A DNA stretch of 36,755 nucleotides from contig NIVC01002496.1 of NCBI GenBank assembly GCA_002269645.1, positions 1 through 36,755 on the forward strand, in the 5' to 3' direction. A program made the position numbers and the translations under genes. The DNA comes from Macrostomum lignano (lineage: Eukaryota). The notes beneath the pieces are model-generated. The model saw only the letters and a program-made list of their open reading frames with translations, made no database searches and was not told where the DNA came from. Numbering within the stretch: position 1 is the stretch's first letter; each line of letters starts with the position of its first letter. Below are positions 26,362 to 36,755 of this stretch, piece after piece.

Positions 26362-27307
26362 ATGCGCGCCCTGCGCCAATCCATTCGGCGCCACGAGACC
26401 CGCACCAGGCAGCGGCGCAGCTCTGTGGCACTGCGCCCAGACCCGCCACCTTCGCCCGGGCGCACCCGCCACCACCGGCATCCATCGCAGCGCCAGCAGC
26501 CGCAGTCGCCGCAGTCGCCACCTTCGCCGACAGCCTCACAGCAGCCGCAGTCGCCGCAGCAGCAGCCGTCGCCGTCGGCTTCGCAGCCTCCAACGCAGCC
26601 GTCGCTGCCGCCCGTGCCGACATCCAGAAGCGCTTTGCCAGATTCCACAGCCGGCCGCGGCCGCTGCAGCCGCCTGCTCGACCGACTGCGCCAGGCAGCC
26701 GCCACAGAGGCGAACCCGCTGCCGGAGGAGCCGCACTGCTGGCAGCGAGCTCGCCACGCTTTTCTCTGCCCGCCGCACGGCCACATCGCCCGCTTGATGT
26801 CCGGCGCGCTCTCCGTGCTGGTGCTGTACGGCCTGCTGTTCGTCATCGTCGGCGACGAGGCCTTGCCAAGGCGCTGCGTGGCAACGAACAACAGCTTCGC
26901 CGACAACGCCACGACTGAGCAGCAGGAGCTGCAGCAAGAGTGCACCGGCGGCAACTTCTTCGGCCTGTTTGTGCTGTTCGTCTCATCCATGACTGCCAGC
27001 TCCGTGTCCAAGAAGCTCAACCTGCCGCCGCTACTCGGAATGCTTGTCGTCGGCTGCGTCCTTGGCAACGCGCCTGGGGTCAGCGTGGCCCGGCACATCG
27101 ACAAGGTGTACTTTAACAAGCTCAGGGAGCTGGCGCTCTGCACCATCCTGCTCAGGGCCGGCCTGAGTCTCGATCCCAGCACCTTGCGCCGACTCTCCGC
27201 CACTGTGTTCCGCCTGGCCTTCATCCCCTGCGTGGTGGAGAGCGCCGTGGGAGCCATCGCTGCCCGCTACATCCTCGGCTTCCCCTGGGCCTGGGGATTC
27301 ATTCTGG
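26362..27307 (+). CDS. SLC9B2: SLC9B/NHA (CPA2) Na+/H+ antiporter, coding exon 1; true start may be the ATG at 26319
   Basis: After an SP/Q-rich N-terminus: CPPHG, GGNFFGLFVLF, LPPLLGMLVVG, LRELALCTILLRAGLSLDPSTLRRL, PCVVE, WGFILG, all SLC9B-family motifs. Acceptor TTCACAG| at 26289; donor G|GTGAGA, phase 1. Confidence 0.88.
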
Positions 27308-27714
27308 GTGAGAGGGGATCTCAGTCTGGTGAGAGAGAATCTTAGTCTGGGTCAGAGGGGATCTCAGTCTGGGTGAGAGAGAATCTTAGTCTGGGTGAGA
27401 GGGGATCTCAGTCTGGGTGAGAGAGAATCTTAGTCTGGGTCAGAGGGGATCTCAGTCTGGGTGAGAGAGAATCTTAGTCTGGGTGAGAGGGGATCTCAGT
27501 CTGGGTGAGAGAGAATCTTAGTCTGGGTGAGAGGGGATCTCAGTCTGGGTGAGAGAGAATCTTAGTCTGGGTGAGAGGGGATCTCAGTCTGGGTGAGAGA
27601 AAATCCCAGTCTGGGTGAGAGAGGATCTCAGTCTGGGTGAGAGAGGATCTCAGTCTGGGTGAGAGAGGATCTCAGTCTGGGTGACTGGGTGAGAGGGTAT
27701 CTCAGTCTGGGTGA
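27308..27714 (+). repeat. 22-bp repeat (GGGTGAGAGGGGATCTCAGTCT alternating with GGGTGAGAGAGAATCTTAGTCT), ~18 copies, beginning at the splice donor
   Basis: Read directly; the alternation gives a 44-bp higher-order unit. Confidence 0.95.
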
Positions 27715-27751
27715 AGGTGTGGAGGCAAGGATTTGCCCGCTTCATTTCCAG

Positions 27752-28137
27752 GCTTCGTCCTCGGTGCGGTGTCGCCGGCCGTAGTGGTCCTGGGCATGCT
27801 GAAGCTGGAATACCGCGGCTACGGCGTCGAGAAAGGCATCCCCACCCTCATCATTGCGGCCTCCTCCATGGACGACGTTCTGGCCATCACGGGTTTCAGC
27901 CTGGCACTGGGAATCGTCTCCAGCGATGGCAGCGGCGGGGGCGGCGTTGCCAGCGCGATTTTGCGTGGCCCACGCGACGCTGTAGTGGGAATTCTGTACG
28001 GCCTGGGCCTGGGTGCGCTGCTCTGGTACATCCCGCACCGAGGGCACAAGCGGCCAGTCATGTTCCGCTTCATCTTCCTGGTTGGGGCGGCGTCATCGCC
28101 CTGCTGGGCTGCGAGAAGGCGCACCTGCAGGGAGCCG
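27752..28137 (+). CDS. SLC9B2: SLC9B/NHA exon 2, with an apparent 1-nt deletion at ~28084-28087
   Basis: Acceptor TTTCCAG|; (G)FVLGAVSPAVVVLGMLKLEYRGYGVEKGIPTLIIAASSMDDVLAITGF, with the conserved DD ion-binding pair. Adding one G at GTTGGGGCGG restores VGGGVIALLGCEKAHLQGA-G into donor G|GTGAGT, phase 1. Confidence 0.88.
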
Positions 28138-28145
28138 GTGAGTCA

Positions 28146-28274
<129 letters not shown>

Positions 28275-28954
28275 CCCGGTGTTTCCTGGCTCTCAACCGC
28301 ATGATCTGCTTGAACGGTCCAATCCAGAGCTCACTACCATTCGATTCCTTTCTTTGTACTTAAAGCAGCAATCACTGAAATTGCTGCTGCCGGGAGAAGT
28401 GAAACCTTGGAGCGGAAGCAGCGCTCTTGGCGGTTCTCAGGCAGACAGACCGATCATCTTGGTGATGTCTGTGTTTTAATGCTTGAAGATGCTTAGTAGA
28501 AGAGAGCGGCAGAATCGAAAGCAATTTTCTGGCGCAGGTGGGAATCGTTGCCAGGGGCTTCTGGTGGAAATCGGAGCCGCGGCTCGAATTCAGCAATAGG
28601 GGAGCAAAAATGGAAACATTTTTATCGATTCCCATCAGCAAATTGGGTCGGAATGAAAATTTGAATATTCGGTGCAGCTCTTTATGCGCTGCTCAGGAAT
28701 CCCCCGGGCTGGCACGCCGAGCTCTGTGCTGGGATTGCTGAATCTGGGAGCCTCAGCTGCTCGCGCTACTAATTGAAATTCAAGTGCCTCTGCTGGCCTG
28801 TCACCGGGCCAGCGACTCTCCAGCTTGCCAGTTCACGCGACCAGAGTTATTTTAAACATAATTAGGCCGGCTTCGATTTCTGCTACTGCCGCTGCCCCTG
28901 GTTTCCCAGCCCTTCTAGTAGACTGCATTGGTTATGCCGGTGTAGACGGGAGAA

Positions 28955-29180
<226 letters not shown>

Positions 29181-29629
29181 GAGAGCAGGCAAGCTAAAAG
29201 CTTATAGCAAGAGAGGCAGCTAGAACAGCAGGGAGGGACAGAGCAGAGAGAGCACCCGTGCATTCCTAAAGAGGGATCACGCAGATGGCAAAGTGACCAA
29301 AGCTACCGGGAGGCAGAAGTTGTAGGAAAAGCAGCTGCCATCTGACTCTGACCATCGTGCAGGTCCCCGTGTCGAATTCTCGAGTGCGCTTTTGACGGCC
29401 GGTGCGAGATGTGGAATAGAAAAGATTTGAGGATGGAATAGAAAAGACAGTAATGAAAGGAGATTAAATATCTGACATTCACCAATGTACGTCAAACATC
29501 TCACATTCAGAATCTTACATTCAAAGTTTTGTATCCAAATTCTGACATGAAGAATATCATTAAACATATGCCTAGCAGCCTACCAGTATATGTCTGACGT
29601 TAAATATCAGGTACTAAGATTCGAAATTA

Positions 29630-31785
29630 GTTATCGGACATTAGATATCAGTCATTATATTTTTGATATTAGATATCGGATATTAGATATCAGTCATTAT
29701 ATTTCGGACATTACATATCGGACATTATATTTCGGACATTAGATATCGGACATTAGATATCGGACATTAGATATCGGTCATTGGATATCGGACATTGGAT
29801 ATCGGACATTACATATCGGACATTACATATCGGACATTATATTTCGGACATTAGATATCGGACATTAGATATTGGACATTAGATATCGGACATTCGATAT
29901 CGGACATTGGATATCGGACATTAGATATCGGTCATTGGATATCGGACATTGGATATCGGACATTACATATCGGACATTATATTTCGGACATTAGATATCG
30001 GACATTAGATATCGGACATTAGATATTGGACATTAGATATCGGACATTCGATATCGGACATTGGATATCGGACATTATATATCGAGCAGTAGAGTTCGCA
30101 CATTAGATTTCGGGCAGTAGAGTTCGGACATTAGATATTGGACATTGGATATCGGACATTGGATATCGGACATTGGATATCGGACATTAGATATCGGACA
30201 TTGGATATCGGACATTAGATATCGGACATTCGTTATCGGACATTAGATATCGGACATTGGATATCGGACATTAGATATCGGACATTAGATATCGGTCATT
30301 GGATATCGGACATTGGATATCGGACATTACATATCGGACATTATATTTCGGACATTAGATATCGGACATTAGATATCGGACATTAGATATTGGACATTAG
30401 ATATCGGACATTCGATATCGGACATTGGATATCGGACATTAGATATCGGGCATTAGATATCGGACATTAGATATCGGACATTGGATATCGGACATTAGAT
30501 ATCGGACATTAGATATCGGACATTCGATATCGGACATTCGATATCGGACATTAGATATCGGACATTAGATATCGGACATTCGATATCGGACATTCGATAT
30601 CGGACATTAGATATCGGACATTAGATATCGGGCAGTAGAGTTCGGACATTGGATATCGGACATTAGATATCGGGCATTAGATATCGGACATTAGATATCG
30701 GACATTGGATATCGGACATTAGATATCGGACATTAGATATCGGACATTCGATATCGGACATTCGATATCGGACATTAGATATCGGACATTAGATATCGGG
30801 CAGTAGAGTTCGGACATTGGATATCGGACATTAGATATCGGGCATTAGATATCGGACATTCGATATCGGACATTGGATATCGGACATTAGATATCGGACA
30901 TTAGATATCGGACATTCGATATCGGACATTCGATATCGGACATTCGATATCGGACATTAGATATCGGACATTAGATATCGGGCAGTAGAGTTCGGACATT
31001 GGATATCGGACATTAGATATCGGGCATTAGATATCGGACATTAGATATCGGACATTGGATATCGGACATTAGATATCGGACATTAGATATCGGACATTCG
31101 ATATCGGACATTCGATATCGGACATTAGATATCGGACATTAGATATCGGGCAGTAGAGTTCGGACATTGGATATCGGACATTAGATATCGGGCATTAGAT
31201 ATCGGACATTCGATATCGGACATTGGATATCGGACATTAGATATCGGACATTAGATATCGGACATTCGATATCGGACATTCGATATCGGACATTCGATAT
31301 CGGGCAGTAGAGTTCGGACATTAGATATCGAGCAGTAGAGTTCGGACATTAGATTTCGGGCAGTAGAGTTCGGACATTGGATATCGGACATTAGATTTCG
31401 AGCAGTAGATTTCGGGCAGTAGAGTTCGGACATTAGATTTCGAGCAGTTGAGTTCGGACATTAGATTTCGGGCAGTAGAGTTCGGACATTGGATATCGGA
31501 CATTAGATTTCGAGCAGTAGATTTCGGGCAGTAGAGTTCGGACATTAGATTTCGAGCAGTTGAGTTCGGACATTAGATTTCGAGCAGTTGAGTTCGGACA
31601 TTAGATTTCGAGCAGTAGATTTCGGACATTAGATTTCGGGCAGTAGAGTTCGGACATTGGATATCGGACATTAGATTTCGAGCAGTAGATTTCGGGCAGT
31701 AGAGTTCGGACAATAGATTTCGAGCAGTAGAGTTCGGACATTATATTTCGGACATTAGATATCGGACATTAGATTTCGGGCATTT
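29630..31785 (+). repeat. 14-bp satellite ATATCGGACATTAG (~150 units) with a GGGCAGTAGAGTTC variant and higher-order structure
   Basis: Read directly; degenerate unit-like sequence continues into both flanks. Confidence 0.95.
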
Positions 31786-32727
31786 TACGCACAGTGGATA
31801 TCTGGCAACATATTTCAGACATTAAATATCGGATATTCCCAACGTACTCGGCATTTTCATGTCCCCAATGGGTCAAGGACTTTATTCGATCGCCCTAGCC
31901 GAGCCGCAAAGTTGATTTTATTTATTCCATAGAGTTTGCATGCGTCGCCATTTTCCCCAGGCGGCACAGAAAATGACAGGCCAGGCCTCACTGAGCCGCC
32001 GCCCCCGCTTCCAGGCAGGATGTGAGCAAAGCGACGGGCCGCCTACTCATAGCCAATGAGTTTCAGATCCGGGAACTTCTGTGTGCGAGCAGAGGCAGAG
32101 AGAAAGAAGTTGAATGAAGCAAGGAAGCTGGGGAGACTCTGCGGCTTCTTCTCAGCATCCGGGATGCGCTCGGATGGGGCTGGATTTCTAATTAACTGTG
32201 CCGCAGCCCTTCATCCGCAGTCTCCAGTTCTGGGAGAAATCCGCTCCCGCTGCTACCCGTTCTGATCCCCTTGCTAGCCTTTGGCATGGCTCGGCTCCCC
32301 ATCCCGCTGTTTCTCGCTTTTGTATTTCCGCGAGGCCCTCGAGTTGCTGGGATTTGCAGCAACCCATGGCAGCGGGCAGACAGGGGGCTGCGATGCTACA
32401 GTTATATGGAAGGGACTCGTTTTACTGCATAGAACTGGTGCTTTACATAATAACTATATTCGCCGCAGGGTTGTTAGACTCCTGGCGCAGCGCCTTTGGC
32501 GACATTGTCCCGCGCAGCCAGCGCTGAGGCAATTCTGCCCATCCGCAGACTCCTGAGCACACAAGCGCACCAGTACTGTACGCAGGCACGCACTCATGCA
32601 CACGCTCACACAGGGTGTACAGCGGCCCTGACTGTCCAATCGTCAGGCATGTACACTCGCTGTGCCTTGGGGGCTGGCCCTCACAGCTGCCGGTTTATTG
32701 AACAGAAAAGGTGTCTATTGTTTATTA

Positions 32728-32864
32728 TTGGATAGAAGAGGTGTTTATTTGATAGAAGAGGTGTTTATTTGATAGAAGTGGTGTTTATTGATTAGAAGTG
32801 GTGTTTATTGGATAGAAGTGGTGTTTATTGGATAGAAGTGGTGTTTATTGGATAGAAGAGGTGT
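32728..32864 (+). repeat. 20-bp repeat GGATAGAAGTGGTGTTTATT, ~7 copies
   Basis: Read directly; ends ~75 nt before the exon 3 acceptor. Confidence 0.9.
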
Positions 32865-32940
32865 AGTGCTAAATAGTGCTAAAAAACAGGAACACATCCT
32901 ATCCTGCTAATACTACACACCGTTCCGTCACCGTCCGCAG

Positions 32941-33926
32941 GCGCACTCGGAGTGCTCACCCTGGCCTTCGTGGCTGGCTACGGCTGGCGCCGCTGGGACG
33001 GCTGGGCGGAGGAGGACAACCCGATGCTGGAGCCGCTGGACACTATGTGGTGGTTCATGCAGCCGATGCTGTTCGGCCTGATCGGCGGCCAGATTGACTT
33101 CCAGAAGATTCAGCCGCCAGCCCTGGCGAAGGGTCTCGCCGTGGTTGGCATCGGCCTGGTGTTCCGCATGCTGGCCAGCTTCCTGTGCATGCTGGGCACC
33201 GAGCTGAGCTTCCGCGAGCGCCTGTTCGTGCCGTTCTCCTGGCTGCCCAAGGCCACGGTGCAGGCGGCGATCGGGCCGGTGGCGCTGGACATGGCGCTGT
33301 CTCAGGAGCCTCGGGACGACCGGGCTGTGGACATGGGCCGCCAGGTTCTCACCATAGCGGCCATCGTCATCATGCTGACGGCTCCAGTTGGCGCTTTCCT
33401 CATCTCGCTGCTCGGGCCGCGGCTGCTCGAGCGCGACAAGAACTGGGAGCTGCACCACTTCGACCTGGCCAGCCAGGGCAACTGCCACGGTGCGTCGTCG
33501 CTGCACCAGCACAGCAGCCAGCCGAGGCCGCGGTCTCAAGCAGTCGACCTTGAAGCGATGCGACGAGATGCTGTCGAACTCGGCGACGACAACGAAGCAG
33601 CGGAGGAGGATGATGTGGCCGCGGCAGCCGCTGCGGTGGCGGCCGAGCGTGCCAAGCTGGAGGAGGCCGAGTCAGAGGCCAACCTTGATGTCTGGCAGCG
33701 CAACGGGCCCAACGGATCAACCTGCTTGACAGCCACGCAGTGCACCAACACCGACACCTGCGAGCAGCTGCGGCACCAGAGCCAGGCCACCGTGGCCAGC
33801 AGCGGCGCCAGCCTCAGCGAGAACGCTACAGCCGCTGCACCACCCCAGCCTCCTCATCCGCATCCGTCTTGGCTGCCGGCAACGTCCACCGCGCGCGTTG
33901 CAACCGGGCGTCGGACCTCCTTCTGA
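32941..33926 (+). CDS. SLC9B2: SLC9B/NHA exon 3 (C-terminal TMs plus long acidic/Ala-rich tail)
   Basis: Acceptor GTCCGCAG|; ALGVLTLAFVAG, QPMLFGLIG, FSWLPKATVQAAIG, ILTAP-like IMLTAPVG and LLGPRLL are SLC9B motifs; stop TGA ends at 33926. The exons sum to 2318 nt, or 2319 nt (772 aa plus stop) after the 1-nt fix. Confidence 0.92.
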
Positions 33927-34068
33927 ATCAGCGGCGCTCGCTCCCTGATCGTAGCGTGCAGCTACGCGGTCTGCCCATAGGAAACAGCAAAGCAAATTTT
34001 ATCAGAAAATGAAAATGTTCAGTTATGAAGCTCGGCACACGGAGTGGCAGTATAGTGTCCTTAACTAC

Positions 34069-34074
34069 AATAAA
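34069..34074 (+). terminator. Candidate polyadenylation signal for the NHA gene
   Basis: First AATAAA ~140 nt after the stop codon. Confidence 0.45.
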
Positions 34075-34774
34075 AGACCATTGCCCATCTAATGGTCAAG
34101 TAACATTCGTATAATTCAAAGATTATACTGTATATCAAAACAACAGACAGATAGACAGACTTCATCAAGGATTTTCCTTTGCACAATGCGTTATTGAGAT
34201 AGGAGTTTTTTAGCTCCTATTTTCAGAACTGCTCATAAATTGACACTGTGTCCCTTCTGAACTTCCCAATTGCAAATGAAGCAAGTTTGTTTGGAAAAGG
34301 TTTGAAAAAAGTATTATTATCGGAGATCGGCAAAGGTCAACGTACGAGCGTACATGCCACACTTGGGTTTTCTAAATGGATTTAGCAGAGATTTAGCTGT
34401 TTTGCACAGCGCTGAATGGGGTTTGGCCATAGACAAATCCTGCTTGCCGATGTCTGCTGGCATTCCATGAAAATATAGATTGATAGAATTTAATGGCTTG
34501 AAAAACTGAAAACTTCCTATCTCGCCATTGTCCATGATCAAGATCTTTGGCCTGATATTTTGGAAGTAATTTTAACACGATGAAAAAGTTTTGCGAATGG
34601 AAGCTATGATTATGGTTTTATAAGTAATCGTCGGCATCCTACGATACAGGAATCCGTGACAATTTTGTCAAGTCTGCCTCACAAAAATATCTTCTAAGCT
34701 TTTTCACACAAGGTCATTGCCATGGATACCCCGTGTAGAGTCCACGTTACCAAGGTCTTTATTCATTGTAAAGG

Positions 34775-35099
34775 TAATAATAATAATAATATTACTAATA
34801 ATAATAATTGATTACACCTACCCTAATGGTCAGATGTGCAACCGACAGCTCAGCCGCAGCTATTGCGCGGCGCATCTGAAGGTTGCGCTGCGTAGGCTGT
34901 TCAGTCCAAGGACTGGGGGTCGCCACACACCCTCAATTACCCCAGCTAATCCTGGCACCCATTTTACAGCTGGGTGAACTGAAGCAATGCAGAGTTAAGT
35001 GTCTTGCTCAAGGACACAAATTGTTCCGATTGGGTCGAGAATCGAACCCCCGACCTTTCAGTCGTGCGTCCGACGCTCTGACCACTAGGCTAAAACCCC
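34775..35099 (-). mobile_element. Full-length tRNA-derived CORE-SINE with (ATT)n tail
   Basis: Minus strand: head GGGGTTTTAGCCTAGTGGTCAGAGCGTCGG...AAGGTCGGGGGTTCGATTCTC with A box TAGCCTAGTGG and B box GGTTCGATTC. Next GTGTCCTTGAGCAAGACACTTAACTCTGCATTGCTTCAGTTCACCCAGCTGTAAAATGGG, resembling the MIR/CORE domain. Then a unique 3' region and an (ATT)n tail at 34808-34775. Confidence 0.85.
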
Positions 35100-35523
35100 T
35101 CAGGTGAAAGCCATAAAAATAGCTACGGAAAATTGATAGAAAACTGTGTGGTTCCATGTGAATCATGGTTGTGAAAGTAGTTCTTTTTCGCCGTGTTCTT
35201 TTGAATGAAATGCATTCACCTCCCAACCACTTCTGAACTGCTTTCGTGCTTCTTTTGCCCGAAAGATCCAATTTTTTTGTTTTCAGTTGCCATAAAATTA
35301 TTTTCTGCAAACCAATTCAACTAATTTTATCAGTTTTCATAAATTCTTTTCTCACACTGCAGAGAGTCACGCACCAGTTACGAGCCTGAACTCATTCGAA
35401 ATTAAACAATTTTGATTTACAATTCAATTCTTGAAATTGCAATACAAGGACGTAAAGATGGATTCATTGTGTCTTTTATGTGGTGCAGGGGATTCTCAGT
35501 ATTCTGCCAAAGAAACACAAGCA

Positions 35524-35682
35524 GAACGGATTGCTAATCTACTCAACACATTATATTGATTAAAGGACAGAATGAATTGCTAATCTACTCCACGGACTAA
35601 CTTGATTAAAGTAAAGAATGGATTGCTAATCTACTCCACAGATAACTTGATTAAGGGATAGAGTGGATTGCTAATCTAGTCT
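35524..35682 (+). repeat. Degenerate ~46-bp repeat (3-4 copies) sharing core GAATGGATTGCTAATCTA with the 43-bp array
   Basis: Read directly. Confidence 0.8.
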
Positions 35683-36375
35683 AGAATAAAAATTATTGGA
35701 ATGGACAAAATGGAGTCTTTAAATAAAAAATCTTACAAACTACAAAGTTTGCATTTGCAAAGGGATAAAACTTTGGCTGTAATTATTTAGCACAGGAGCT
35801 TTCAAAAAAAGCTTGTACAGCACTTCTTGTCTATTATGATGGTCAGAGGTTAATAATGGAAAAATAAAACTTGAGAATAATTTGTCCAAAAACTGATGTT
35901 AAAAACTGCAAAGACTGATAAAACACAACCCGGAGATTCGGCAGGAAGTCAGTCTGAAAATGGAAGTTAAAAAGTTTCATTTCAAACAAACTGTGAACTG
36001 GGAAAGCAGTTATCGCAGTCGAGTAAACAACTGGAATAAAATGGAAGAATGACATTCGTTATGCTCATAAAATACCTCAAAAATATTAACAACAAAAACA
36101 ATAAATTTCATTGATAAAACAAGAAAAGGCTTTGGTTTGTTCCTGACAAAAATTAGTTAAATAACAATAATATATTTTTGTTAAACACTGCAGTTATCAA
36201 ATATTCATTCAGCAAGAGCTCATTCATGAGTATGAATATATCTCTTAGAAAGCGTGCAGAAGTTTTAAAGCAAAATTGAAATGAAAATTGAAGATTTATA
36301 GATGTAAAATAAATTTGTTTGACAATGGCGCTTCAACTTTAATGACAATTGTTTGAAAACTCGAATTTCGCTGTT

Positions 36376-36750
36376 CTGACCAAACACATTGTGGCCTGAC
36401 CAAACACATTGTGGCCTGACCAAACACATTATGGCCTGACCAAACACATTGTGGCCTGACCAAACACATTGTGGCCTGACCAAACACATTATGGCCTGAC
36501 CAAACACATTGTGGCCTGACCAAACACATTGTGGCCTGACCAAACACATTGTGGCCTGACCAAACACATTGTGGCCTGACCAAACACATTGTGGCCTGAC
36601 AACACATTGTGGCCTGACCAAACACATTGTGGCCTGACCAAACACATTGTGGCCTGACCAAACACATTGTGGCCTGACCAAACACATTGTGGCCTGACCA
36701 AACACATTGTGGCCTGACGAAACACATTATGGCCTGACCAAACACATTAT
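36376..36750 (+). repeat. 20-bp repeat CCAAACACATTGTGGCCTGA, ~18 copies
   Basis: Read directly; explains the ORFs at 36265-36754. Confidence 0.95.
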
Positions 36751-36755
36751 GCATG

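Noticed and set aside
25956-27257. Multiple long overlapping ORFs on both strands around NHA exon 1 (and exon 3)
   Set aside because: Expected from GC-rich, GC3-biased coding sequence; only the frame with SLC9B motifs is supported.
35030-35099. Possible tRNA gene
   Set aside because: The acceptor stem and anticodon loop are non-canonical, and it continues into a CORE domain and tail, so it is a SINE head.

Overview
Eukaryotic (invertebrate animal) genomic DNA: GC-rich GT-AG exons, AT-rich spacers, and roughly 14 kb (~38%, hand estimate) of tandem repeats. The style resembles the flatworm Macrostomum, but that is inference only. Two spliced genes lie on the + strand. (1) A complete 9-exon CDKL1/4-type kinase (6160-18646; 1053 nt CDS, 350 aa, all splice phases consistent). 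(2) A 3-exon SLC9B/NHA Na+/H+ antiporter (26362-33926) that needs a 1-nt correction in a G run near 28085 and possibly another in a C run near 26345. Mobile-element material: a decayed Ty3/Gypsy pol fragment (1-440, minus), a full-length tRNA-derived CORE-SINE (34775-35099, minus) and a 156-bp fold-back element in CDKL intron 1. About 20 mini/microsatellite arrays explain most long ORFs in the track. Most striking pattern: repeat-free introns are 70-79 nt, while several enlarged introns are a mini-intron plus an array starting at or near the 5' splice site, and in some the donor sequence itself is the amplified unit. No prokaryotic features or CRISPR arrays.
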